Below the pieces are notes generated by a model. It had not been told where the DNA came from. It did not search any database and saw only the letters and a program-made list of their open reading frames with translations. A DNA stretch of 31,393 nucleotides from Macrostomum lignano. Lineage: Eukaryota. The stretch spans positions 1 to 31,393 of the forward strand of contig NIVC01004920.1 in assembly GCA_002269645.1 (NCBI GenBank). Reading direction: 5' to 3'. Position 1 is the first letter of the stretch; each line of letters starts with the position of its first letter. The position numbers and the translations under genes are program-made. This document shows positions 1 to 29,169 of the stretch, one piece after another.

Positions 1-128
1 TTTCTTATCCTACAGACGGAGAACCAAGCTGTAACTGCACTCTGAGTAACTACTGAGTGATTTAAACTATTTCGGGATTTTACAATGAAGAGCGTCGCTA
101 TTGGACTTGAGCTGAGAGAGATGGGTGG

Positions 129-922
129 CACTGTTTAGAGTGAGGGTACTGTTTAGTGAGGTCACTGTTTAGTGAGGTCACTGTTTAGTGAGGTCACTGT
201 TAGTGAAGTCACTGTTTAGTCAAGGTCACTGTTTAGTGAGGTCACTGTTTAGTGAGGTCACTGTTTAGTGAGGTCACTGTTTAGTGAGGTCACTGTTTAG
301 TGAAGTCACTGTTTAGTCAAGGTCACTGTTTAGTGAGGTCACTGTTTAGTGAGGTCACTGTTTAGTGAGGTCACTGTTTAGTGAGGTCACTGTTTAGTGA
401 AGTCACTGTTTAGTGAGGTCACTGTTTAGTGAGGTCACTATTTAGTGAGGTCACTGTTTAGTGAAGTCACTGTTTAGTCAAGGTCACTGTTTAGTGAGGT
501 CACTGTTTAGTGAGGTCACTGTTTAGTGAGGTCACTGTTTACTGGGGTCACTGTTTAGAGTGAGGTCACTGTTTAGGGAGGTCACTGTTTAAAGGGAGGT
601 AACTGTTTGAGTGAGGTCACTGTTTAGTGAGGTCACTGTTTAGTGAGGTCACTGTTTAGTGAGGTCACTATTTAGTGAGGTCACTGTTTAGTGAAGTCAC
701 TGTTTAGTGAGGTCACTGTTTAGTGAGGTCACTGTTTACTGGGGTCACTGTTTAGAGTGAGGTCACTGTTTAGGGAGGTCACTGTTTAAAGGGAGGTAAC
801 TGTTTTGAGTGAGGTCACTGTTTAGTGAGGTCACTGTTTAGTGAGGTCACTGTTTAGGGAGGTCACTGTTTAGTGAGGTCACTGTTTAGTGAGGTCACTG
901 TTTAGGGAGGTCACTGTTTAGT
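129..922. repeat. 16-bp minisatellite (GTCACTGTTTAGTGAG)n, about 49 copies
   Basis: Directly visible tandem unit with recurring variants (GAAGTC, GTCAAGGTC, GGGAGG). Confidence 0.97.
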
Positions 923-1764
923 TTACTGTTGTGCACTGTGTTAGATGCCTTGTTCGTTCACTGATCATTCTAATCAAAGTCGCTAAGGGCGGTAAACTAA
1001 AGTAATATTTCATTTTCACTTAAAACTTAAAAAATTGCCTTAAAAATAACTTAAGAAGTTAGTGCCTTATAGTTAAGAAGGTCAAGAGTTCATTCAAGAA
1101 GCAAGTAATTCTTTTAAATATCAGATTGAACAATCAAAGCAGAGTGAATTTACAACGTGGTGGCACATTTATTTTGGTTTGCATCGAGAGCATGTTTACA
1201 GATTACATCGCAGTCAAGGTTTTGATATCCACTCACAAGAGTTCTTCCAACGTGCCAACGGACCTTAGTAATAAGGGACCATTTTAAAACAAACAAAGTA
1301 ATTAAGAGCGCCTATACCTCGCGAATGCATAGCAATGTACACTGACAGGGAATGTACATCTCCAGTCCTCATATGGCTAGTGATATGTACAGCTTGTGTG
1401 TACGCTGGCTGGGGGGTACGAGTAGTCAAACCAACCCCCCAACCCTTCCAGTTCCTGTTCAGCCAATGAGAGCTCGCGAATCAGAATGCACGTAGAGAGC
1501 CTCCTCGAACAGAGTCGTAAAATTTTATTTACTTCATTTGTTTCACTGCCGTGGACCGGTTGTGGGTGCCAGTCTATAATTAGCCGCGACAACGTGCCCA
1601 GGGCTGCCTACCCTCCCGCCTAACCCTGTGAATCTGCTTTCCGCTCCGCAAGACTTTCATCGACTCTCTCTAATCAGTCAGCTGATAAGAAAGAAGAATT
1701 GACTTTAAATACAAGCTGAACTCGACTCAACTATACAGCCTATAGTTAGAGCAGAGTTTTGATT

Positions 1765-1890
1765 ATGGCAAAGCAAATTTTAACCAAACAGATTTTGCTT
1801 GTAGTCTTACTAAGCTTGCTGATACCCAGCAGCTGGGAAGCCCTGACACTACCTTGGAGACTACAGCTCAAACCCTTGATCCCACACTGA
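1765..1890 (+). other. Short ATG-initiated ORF encoding a signal-peptide-like N-terminus (MAKQILTKQILLVVLLSLLIPSSWEA...), out of frame with the GPCR ORF
   Basis: ATG at 1765; basic n-region, hydrophobic h-region, SSWEA c-region; stop TGA 1888-1890; one base out of phase with ORF 1854..3107. Confidence 0.55.
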
Positions 1891-3074
1891 CTCGGCCTGC
1901 TGCTGCTGCTGACTCAAATAGGCTCCTGCTCAGAGACATCAGCGGCAGCCTCGAGGTGCCGACCAGGTGCTATTCTGACTCCAGCCAGTGCCAGGTCTAC
2001 GGCGACTGCTGCCAGTCTGCGGCAGAAATCCCGGATCCCGTCTCGCACAGATCCGCCCGATTCACCTGCCTGCCAATTGAGCCGCTCAGGCCTGACGGGG
2101 AGGCGTCTGATGCGGCCCGCGCCACCGACTGCTGCCAGCTGCAGAGGCCAGCGGCTCTGGCCGTGTCTGCCTGCCCAGCCGCCTCCAGCGGCTCCATCAA
2201 CGATGCTGTCGCTGCGGCTGCAGCTGCCGCCGCCGATCCCAGAGATGTCGAAGCGTGCGGCAACTTCAACACCGATGAAGGCTTCCGCCGGTTGACTCTG
2301 TCATCGATCCCCGTGTTCGGTCCCGACGGCGTGCTGTACCGCAGCGTCCACTGTCTCCGCTGCCACCGGCCACCGCTGTCAGAACCCATCAGTCAGGACA
2401 GGTTCCTGACTAACCTGACAGTCCGCTGCCAGAATCCAGAGGATTACGTCGGCAGAAATGCCAGCGCCTGGCAGGGCGAGCTGATGCGGCTGCTGCTGAG
2501 CGGGGGCAGCCTACCCAGGCGCTGCCACCTGGCGTTCCGGGTTCAGGAGCGGCTGGTGCACCGCTGCTACGCGGGGCTGCCGCAACTGCACACAGCCGGC
2601 GGTGAGAAGTCGCCCAGCGGGGACTGCCTCACCGGCGGCACCAGCTATGCGTTCTCGGCGGCGCAGTGTCGGGTCTACCGCAATTCCGCCTGCGCCAAGG
2701 ATCCGGCCGACGGCGAGCCGCAACTCCAGCCTGACTGGCTGCGCTCCCAGTGCGCCGGCGGCAGCTCCGGAATCCTCACTCAGTCCAATCGCGAGTCGTT
2801 CAGCGTCCGGCCGAGGCCCAGCCTGTTGGACTCCGTGTTCAACTTCAATTTGGATCCGAGACTGCTGGCCGGTCAACTGGCTGCAATGTCCACCGAGTCG
2901 CCGGCTGCTGACGGTCAGCTGCGAGATAGCAAGAACGAGTCCAGTTCTGGCGACAGCCCCGGCAACGTCACGGAGGAGGCTGCGTCGGGGCGAGGAGGAC
3001 CTGCGTCGGCTGCTGGCTTGGCTGATTGGACCGACTGGGCTACAATGGCGGCTCAGGCAGCCTCGGCCGTTGCG
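1854..3074 (+). CDS. Orphan GPCR exon 1: SMB-like motif, Cys-rich ectodomain, start of TM1
   Basis: RCYSDSSQCQVYGDCC resembles the SMB core CxCDxxCxxxGDCC; two related motifs PVFGPDGVLYRSVHCLRCH and VYRNSACA; N-glycosylation sequons NLT/NAS/NVT; phase-0 donor GCG|GTTGGT at 3074/3075. True start uncertain (track start is TTG). Confidence 0.8.
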
Positions 3075-3163
3075 GTTGGTGTCACTGTGGGATCCTCATG
3101 CCCTTGAACTTCCCAGATCCCAAGCCTTTCTGCAAATGCGAGTATCCGTGCTCTGACCCAATC

Positions 3164-3314
3164 CTGTAAACTTCTGAGCAATCAGTCTGTAAACTCCTGA
3201 GAAATCAGTCTGTAAACTTCTGAGAAATCAGTCTGTAAACTTCTGAGAAATCAGTCTGTAAACTCCTGAGAAATCAGTCTGTAAACTCCTGAGAAATCAG
3301 TCTGTAACTTCTCA
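3164..3314. repeat. 23-bp tandem repeat (CTGTAAACTCCTGAGAAATCAGT), about 6.5 copies, in the GPCR intron (3075-3370)
   Basis: Directly visible. Confidence 0.95.
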
Positions 3315-3370
3315 GATCTGAAGTGCAGTGCATGTCCTGCGAACCCTACCCAATATCCTACCCAACGCAG

Positions 3371-4327
3371 GCCCTCAGCCTCACCTGCCTGTACCTGAGC
3401 CGCCGCCGTCTGCGCAATCGCTCCGGCCTCCTCTTAGTGTCGCACGCGCTCAGCCTGGCCGCGGTGAACATTCTCTCCCTCGTCGAGGCCGCCATCGCCG
3501 CGGCCTCCTCCGGCGATGTCAGCGGCTCGCCCTGGACCTGCCTGCTGGCCCTGTTCTGCATGGACGCCGGGTTCACCTGGGCTGGCCTGTTCGGCGTTGA
3601 CCTGCTGCGCACCCTCACCAACCTGCTGGCCAGGCCGTCAGCGCCATCCAGGCGCTACGCCCGGTTCGCCGCCGTCGGCTGGGGCCTCCCGGCTGTCCCC
3701 GCCGCCGTGGCCGCCGGCCTGCACTTTGGCGACAGTCCCGCCCTGTTTGACGCCAAGTCCTGCGGCCTGCCGGAGACCTCGGCAACGACGGCTGTGGCGG
3801 CGGCCTGCCGGGTTGGCCTGGCCTTCGCGCCCTGGGCCCTGGCGCTGGCCTTCAATGTCGCCTGCCTGATCGGCGTGGCCGCCTGCCTCGGACGGGCCGC
3901 CAGCCAGGCCCCGGCGTTCGAGCACCGATCGACCGGCGGTGGCCGATGGTCGAAGCGCCTCAACGGCCGGGCGCGCCGGACGCTCCGCAGGACGATGCTG
4001 ACCGCCGGCCGGGTCTCTGCAGTGCTCGGCGTGGCCTGGCTGCCCTACTGCTGCCTCATCCTGGCCGGATTCGACGACCCGGCATCCGGGGTGTACATCG
4101 CTGCCAGGCTGCTCACCGACCTGCACGGCTGCCTGCTGCTGGCGGCCTTCGCCCGGCTCAGGCACTGCCGCCGGCTGGCTACTCAGCTTAGCGGCTGCAA
4201 GTGGCGGCACAGCGCCGCAGGCTCCTCCCTGGGCTCGTCATCCAAGTCCTCCTCCGCCGCGGCCTCCAAAGGTCGAAGCACTTCCTCGACTGCGGCCGGC
4301 GTGTCGGGTGGCGCGTCATCTCGGTGA
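3371..4327 (+). CDS. Orphan GPCR exon 2: class B-like (secretin/adhesion/Methuselah-type) 7TM domain and Ser-rich tail
   Basis: Acceptor ACGCAG|GCC, phase 0, completes TM1 (QAASAVA|ALSLTCLYL); ICL1 RRLRNRSG; TM3 with top Cys and AGFTWAGLFGVD; TM4 GWGLP; ECL2 Cys; TM5 P..N; TM6 LGVAW; TM7 LHG; stop TGA 4325-4327. Confidence 0.88.
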   Translation, partial: ALSLTCLYLSRRRLRNRSGLLLVSHALSLAAVNILSLVEAAIAAASSGDVSGSPWTCLLALFCMDAGFTWAGLFGVDLLRTLTNLLARPSAPSRRYARFAAVGWGLPAVPAAVAAGLHFGDSPALFDAKSCGLPETSATTAVAAACRVGLAFAPWALALAFNVACLIGVAACLGRAASQAPAFEHRSTGGGRWSKRLNGRARRTLRRTMLTAGRVSAVLGVAWLPYCCLILAGFDDPASGVYIAARLLTDLHGCLLLAAFARLRHCRRLATQLSGCKWRHSAAGSSLGSSSKSSSAAASKGRSTSSTAAGVSGGASSR

Positions 4328-5339
4328 CTGCTAGGGAATCGTCTGAATGGTTTCTAATAGCAAAATACGTGTAATTTGCAAGACTTCTCGACAATGTGAA
4401 AATTTGAGCATGTGAAACGCTCTGGTCTATGGCAATTGAAGTGAAATTGTCGAGTTGTCTATGGCTTCTATCAAGGAGTTCTATAATTATTAGCATCTGG
4501 AGTGGAAACGAGTTTTCCACTTTTACCTCATGAGTCATGAGGCCTGGCTCCATGCGGTAAAAATTATCTAACAATTTGCGTGGCCTCGTGAGGTAAAAGT
4601 GCAAAACTTGTTTCCACCCCAGATTCTAATTATAGAACTCCTTGGCTTCTATGAATGAAGATAACCACACAACTTTCAAGCAATGACCTGCCGGGAAATT
4701 TGAGCCATAGACATTTCGAACGAATGTCAAGATTATGAATTTTAATGTTGCCAAGAGTCCCATCGACCTTTGATTTCCAAATGACCTTGGAGCACAAAAC
4801 TGAAGAGCAAATGTTTGGATTTAGACAAATGCGATACTGAATGCTCTTAGGACTTGCAATCTTGCTATTAGTATTAGTCAAGGCATCAGTCTGCTTTCAC
4901 AAGCTCGAAATCATCGCCCGAAAGTCGTTTTATTTTTTTCAAAGACATTGACGAAAAACAAGTGAAGTATGCTTCACTAGAGTTTAAACTTATGTGTACC
5001 TTTCCCAGTCACCGAGGGATCTTGATCCCACTCCTCTGTATTCATTATGGACTGAACTCCGAATCTCCTCTCCCGATGAAAACTAATGTCAGTCTAATGT
5101 CTAATGTCAGTCTGAGGCGTTAGATTGATTATCTGCGACTCTGGGGCGATAGAAGTAACTCTAAGGCCGTGGAGTCTTATCGAGTTGCTATTTCGCATTT
5201 CTAACAACTCTATTTAGCCTACTTGAGTTAGTAGAAAGTTAAGCGCCAACACGTGATGCGCTCGTTAAGAAAAAGTCACATTTAGAGTCGCCCAGAGTCA
5301 CCAGTGAGTTCACTCTTAGCGATTCTTGCCTCGGTAGTT

Positions 5340-7509
5340 TACAAATAGATCAATTAAAAAACTGGAGTTAAACAAAACACGGTCAAGCGTCAAACCGACA
5401 TTTCATATGGAGCATTTTTTAATTAATTAGCTATTTTTTGCGATGCTGTTGCAGCATCTATCAAACACACAAAACTTCTTTCAGCCGGCAGGGCGACAAG
5501 ATAATATATTTTTTCGAACTGTGGCTGGCTGGGTGGCTGGTCGAAACAAGAAGCAACACAATTAAAACACAAAACGGGCACGAGAGGCGGAGCGCTGATT
5601 AAACAAAGATTAGGTAGCGCTGGGTTCTACTAATAGTAATATAGTAATAAGTATAGGGTTTTTCGGCTATAAACTCGGTTCGATCCTCAAAAAACAATAC
5701 GCGATTACGGTGAGACAGGCGGACAGGAAAATCGATAAAAATGGGTTGCAAATTATAATTAATTATTAGATATTATATATTTCATTTATTATAGTTAATT
5801 TCCGGCCATATAGCTAACAAATATAATATTAATAATAAATATTTCTAAGCGCATAGCATATAGCATCATCATTATTGACAGGCTGGGCTGGGCTGTGGGA
5901 CTCCGGGATCTCAGTTAATATCGCTTAGTAGCATATTGTGCACGTGTTCGTTTTAATAATAATATTACTGGCAGAGAAAAAGAGTGAGAATTGAAGCTGC
6001 TAAACAATAATCAGAGCTTGAAAACATACGGCTGTGTAACTATGGTAGGCAAAGCATAATTAGCTTAGCAATCAATAATATAATAAAGAACTAAAGCTGC
6101 AGACAGTTAAATGTAAAAAGATTTCTATTGTCAGGCTGGGGGGCACTGAGGCGGGAGAGCGGCGGGGGCCAGTGGCTAACTACCAAACAAAAGCGCAATC
6201 GTTAGCAGAGACAAATTAAGACAGAAAAGAGCGCAGATGAAATCCTTTATCCATTGAATTTCGAGACGAGAAAAAACACATACTGTTAAAAAGCTAACAA
6301 AACTAATGTATAAATAGATTAGTAATACTTATTAATACACAACAGTCGCTAGACATCTGAAACCAGAAAAACCAGGTCGAGCGGAAAAGTTCAAACGAAA
6401 GTTGGTTAGGATTAAAAAAAACACTTAAAAAACGGAGCTCCAATGACCGACAAGAAGCAGCCTTCTTATCTGAGCTGGTGCGGCACTTTATATAATTAAC
6501 TATTATTATTCTAGCTAAGCCTTCGCTATGAAAAAATCATTAATAAATTTGACAGTTGGCTAGCAAAATTTCTACTAAACACCTTCATTATTAGCAAAGG
6601 GAACAGGAAAAAAATTGAAGGCGCAAAACACGCGCCAGCCTACTAGCAGTAGTTTAGCAAACAATCCGGCAGGTGTATAGAATAATGCAATTATAAAATA
6701 TTTATTGGTGCCAAATGTGAATCTTGTAAAAGTTGGGCCGCAACTGTCTTATTATTATTTTTAATGAATAAAGCCGAGTAACAGCAAACCGCGGAACAGG
6801 CAAGCAATTTTTTTGCTTTTTTTTCTGCTAACGAATAACTCTCGATAGCTGCGGCTCGGTTTGTCGGTCGTGTTCAGCGAAGTTACACTCGAAAAAGTCG
6901 ATATTAATTAAGCTAGGATTGTCTCAGAGACTGTGTAACCTGCTCCACCAGACACAGGCGCCGACGCCTTGCAGCAGAAATCAAGTTTAAAAAAATTTTA
7001 ACTTTCCATAATTTTGTCAGAAACGGACAAACAAAGTAGGCAAGGTTACAGACTCGCGTAATAATAATTAACAATATTTTTCATACTAGAAATAGAAATA
7101 TGTAGTTAAGCTCGCGGCAGATTAACTTAGAGTAACTTACAAAACATATGTAAAGATAACGGATTAAACAGCAGACTACTGTAAGTAAGTAGCATACAAA
7201 GCGGTTTATCCTTTAAATTTGCGATTTTAAACCCAACAGAGGAGGAGAAAAAGAACAGAAGCTGATGAAGCGGGTGAGAGCGAATCATCAGTGTGTGATT
7301 ATTAGTGCATTTATTGCAATGACGGCGGCTTGGTTCGCGAAAATGGCATATTATATAAAAATATAAGAGTTTTATTAATTAATTGTTAATAAATGTATTA
7401 GCATAGCATAGATTTATATGCAGAGTACAGGCCTTGCGTGTCACTGTGTCCGTACGAATTCGTTTACTCACACATGAATCAGAATTCATAATTTATTAAC
7501 TGCCAAACT
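5340..7509 (-). other. Probable long U-rich 3' UTR of beta-spectrin (distal boundary approximate)
   Basis: Follows the stop codon; A-rich on + (U-rich in the mRNA sense); candidate AATAAA on - strand at 7371-7376, 5785-5790 and 4929-4934. Confidence 0.5.
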
Positions 7510-26637
<19,128 letters not shown>

Positions 26638-28143
26638 GGCAGTTTAAACCTGCAACATTGGCCGGGTTTGCAGAGTGCCTAATGCAGAAAGCTTCAGCTT
26701 CTTAGTATGAATCTGCGCAGCACACACACAGCAAATAAGACGGCTTCTGTCACTAAGGCTGTACAAATTTGGCATTAGCTAATAGATATGTTGAAAACAT
26801 TGCAAAGCAATAGAATGTGTGTGAAATGGCCCAGATTATTACCAGTGGCTTGTTTATAGAGAATCTAGACTAGAAAAAAACGAGATAGGCTAATAATTTA
26901 ACACTGTGAACTTTGACTCATTACTATCTAACATAGCTAGCTAACCATGAAATTATGCAAAAACAAAAACAATTAGCAATACAATAACTAAAACTCGTCA
27001 CAGTTTGTTTCTAAAACTATTGTATTCTAATATCTAAGTAATAAAATAAATTATATCAATTTAGATAAATTACATCAAAGTGAATTGAAAACTAGCTATA
27101 ATTTGTATACCATAAAGATTAACATATCATGAATGTATTACTGATACTTTCAAACTTAAGCTTCATTTCAATCTAGGCAAGAATTAATAATAAACTAATA
27201 TAAAATAGGTCTTTATCATACATGCACAAAACCCAGCCAATCTGGTTGGCTAGAGAGAGGCCTAGCCAAGGTAAGTTGTAAAAATGCCCCAACAAAAAAA
27301 TAAAAGTAATACTAATTAGATGATAAGACATTTAGTTTAATTATAATATTATAATAATGGCTACTCAGATGGTTTTCAGAGGTAAATCACATTTTGGTCT
27401 AAAAGTAAGTTGCATAGCCAGTGCAAATTAGTCCAGTTGCACATTCATGGTCTTTATGGCTTTATGAACTTTAAGGCTTAGGGTTAGTTATAACTTAGTG
27501 GTTAGAGTTTGATTCTTGACCCATTTAGAACAATTTGTGGCCTTGATCAGAACACTTGACTCTGCCATTGCTTTAGTTCACTTAGCTATAAAATGGGTGA
27601 CAGCATTAGCTGAGATAATTGAGGGTGTATATAGTGACCCCCAGTCCTTAGACTGAACAGCCATATGTAGCTTTCAGATGTGCCACACAATAACTATAGC
27701 TGAGCTATTGGTTGCACATTTGCCTATTAGGGCGGATGCAATCAATTATTATATTATATTATTATTAAAATTTTAGTCAATAAAATCAATCTTTATTAAG
27801 AACCTTTCTACCTAAAAAATCCTTATTACTTGATAGATATTTATTAACCTTTTAGTTGAAGAATTTTCCAAAATACATGGAATAAATCAACCAAATCTTG
27901 AATAGGTCTCTATGTCTCTATTCAAGTTTAGGTTGATAATAAAAGCAATCTATAAAGAATCTTCCAAGTTCCAACCCTAAAGCCTAGCTATTCTTTATTC
28001 CCTAATGGTTGGCTTTAAACAATATATACTTTAGTTGAAGCTATACAAAAATGAAGCTTAAATTAAAACTAAAACTACTGAAAAGCCTTTTTTAAAATAA
28101 AATTATGATCTTATAAAAATTGCAACTAATTTATATATCAACC

Positions 28144-28475
28144 CATATATGCCCAACACCCGTCCAACCTGTCTGAACCAGATGGGTGAAATGGCCACTA
28201 GCCAAGGTAAGTCACAAATTTGAAAATGCAAAAAATGAAAAATTGGGGGAAGAAAGAAAGGAGAGAAAGAGAAAAGGAAAAGAAAGGAAGGAAAAAAGAG
28301 AGGGGAAAGATGAAAGAGAAAGAAAAGAAAAGAGAAAAAGGCAAGAAAAGTCATAAACAAAGTGAAAACTAAGTTGCAATTGGAGGAACTAAGTTGCAAT
28401 CAAGAAGAACTAAGTTGCTAATCTGGACAAACCTTGAAGTTGCACCAGATGGGTGAAATTTTGAGGTTGGGCATG
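28144..28475. mobile_element. hAT-like MITE (332 bp) with 8-bp TSD TATCAACC
   Basis: TSD at 28136-28143 and 28476-28483; termini C(ATAT)ATGCCCAAC ... GTTGGGCATG; subterminal AAGTTGC repeats; purine-rich core. An 8-bp TSD is typical of hAT. Confidence 0.7.
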
Positions 28476-28548
28476 TATCAACCTGAATTTAAAAAAGTCC
28501 ATTATCTAATAGATAGTATTACAATAGTTTGCTTAGCAGCTAGACAGC

Positions 28549-29169
28549 TATTGGCAAAATGTCTTATAGAGAAATAAGACAAAATTGAGTTGCTTAGGCA
28601 TATTTTATAGCAATATATATATAAACCAAATGAGACATTTAAACAAAATCATGTATTGCTAACTACAAGGCATAGAAGTGGAAAAATCATGTATTTAGGT
28701 GTTGCATTGGATTATAAATAGAACTATAATTTTGTCAAAATTCATGGAACTATAAACTTGGTCATCTATTAAAAATTACTAACTGCTAATGTCCAACCTA
28801 ATATAATAAAATTGAAGCTTGAATATGATTTGCTAATATAGTACAATAATAACTAAAGTATATTATAATACTAGAAAGTCTACTTAGGCATGATTAAAAT
28901 ATATATAAGCTATCTATATACTAAAAATGGTTTGTATAAGCTAAAACTAATACATTAACAAAGTCAAATCTTAGATCATAACATTATTGAAAAATTTTGG
29001 TTACATCTAAAAAAGCTATCTATATTTATAGACCTTAGAATCCAGATAAGTTAAAAAGGTTCCATATTAAAGAATAGGAAAATTCTTGCAATGATACAAT
29101 CAATTGATTGACAGTTATAGAATTCAACAACAAGCTATTATTGTGACTAAAGATTGAGTTACAAAGTAT
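28549..29169 (+). pseudogene. Fossil Tc1-family (DD34E) transposase, catalytic domain, with stops and frameshifts
   Basis: Manual translation across frameshifts: YWQNVL*RNKTK.ELLRH (WxNVLWSDETKIELFGH); KPNETF..TTRHRSGKIMYLG (PTVKHGGGSIMVWG); FVKIHGTIN..Y*KLL..NVQP..KLKL; *YNNN.KYI (QxDNDPKHT); QS..DHNIIEKFWLHLKK (QSPDLNxIExxW); KE*E; LIDSYR..QAII..K..VTKY. Confidence 0.85.

Noticed and set aside
16-57. Possible terminal exon (acceptor TACAG, DGEPSCNCTLSNY*) at the window edge
   Set aside because: Too short to support without upstream sequence.
1888-1893. Stop-codon readthrough (TGA-C) of the signal-peptide ORF, or at the GPCR stop (TGA CTG)
   Set aside because: Neither has the UGA-CUAG context, and readthrough at 1888 would stay in the wrong frame for the Cys-rich domain.
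5137-5299. 12-13-bp inverted repeat GACTCTGG(G)GCGA ... TCGCCCAGAGTC, possible tiny MITE
   Set aside because: Short, no TSD, single occurrence.
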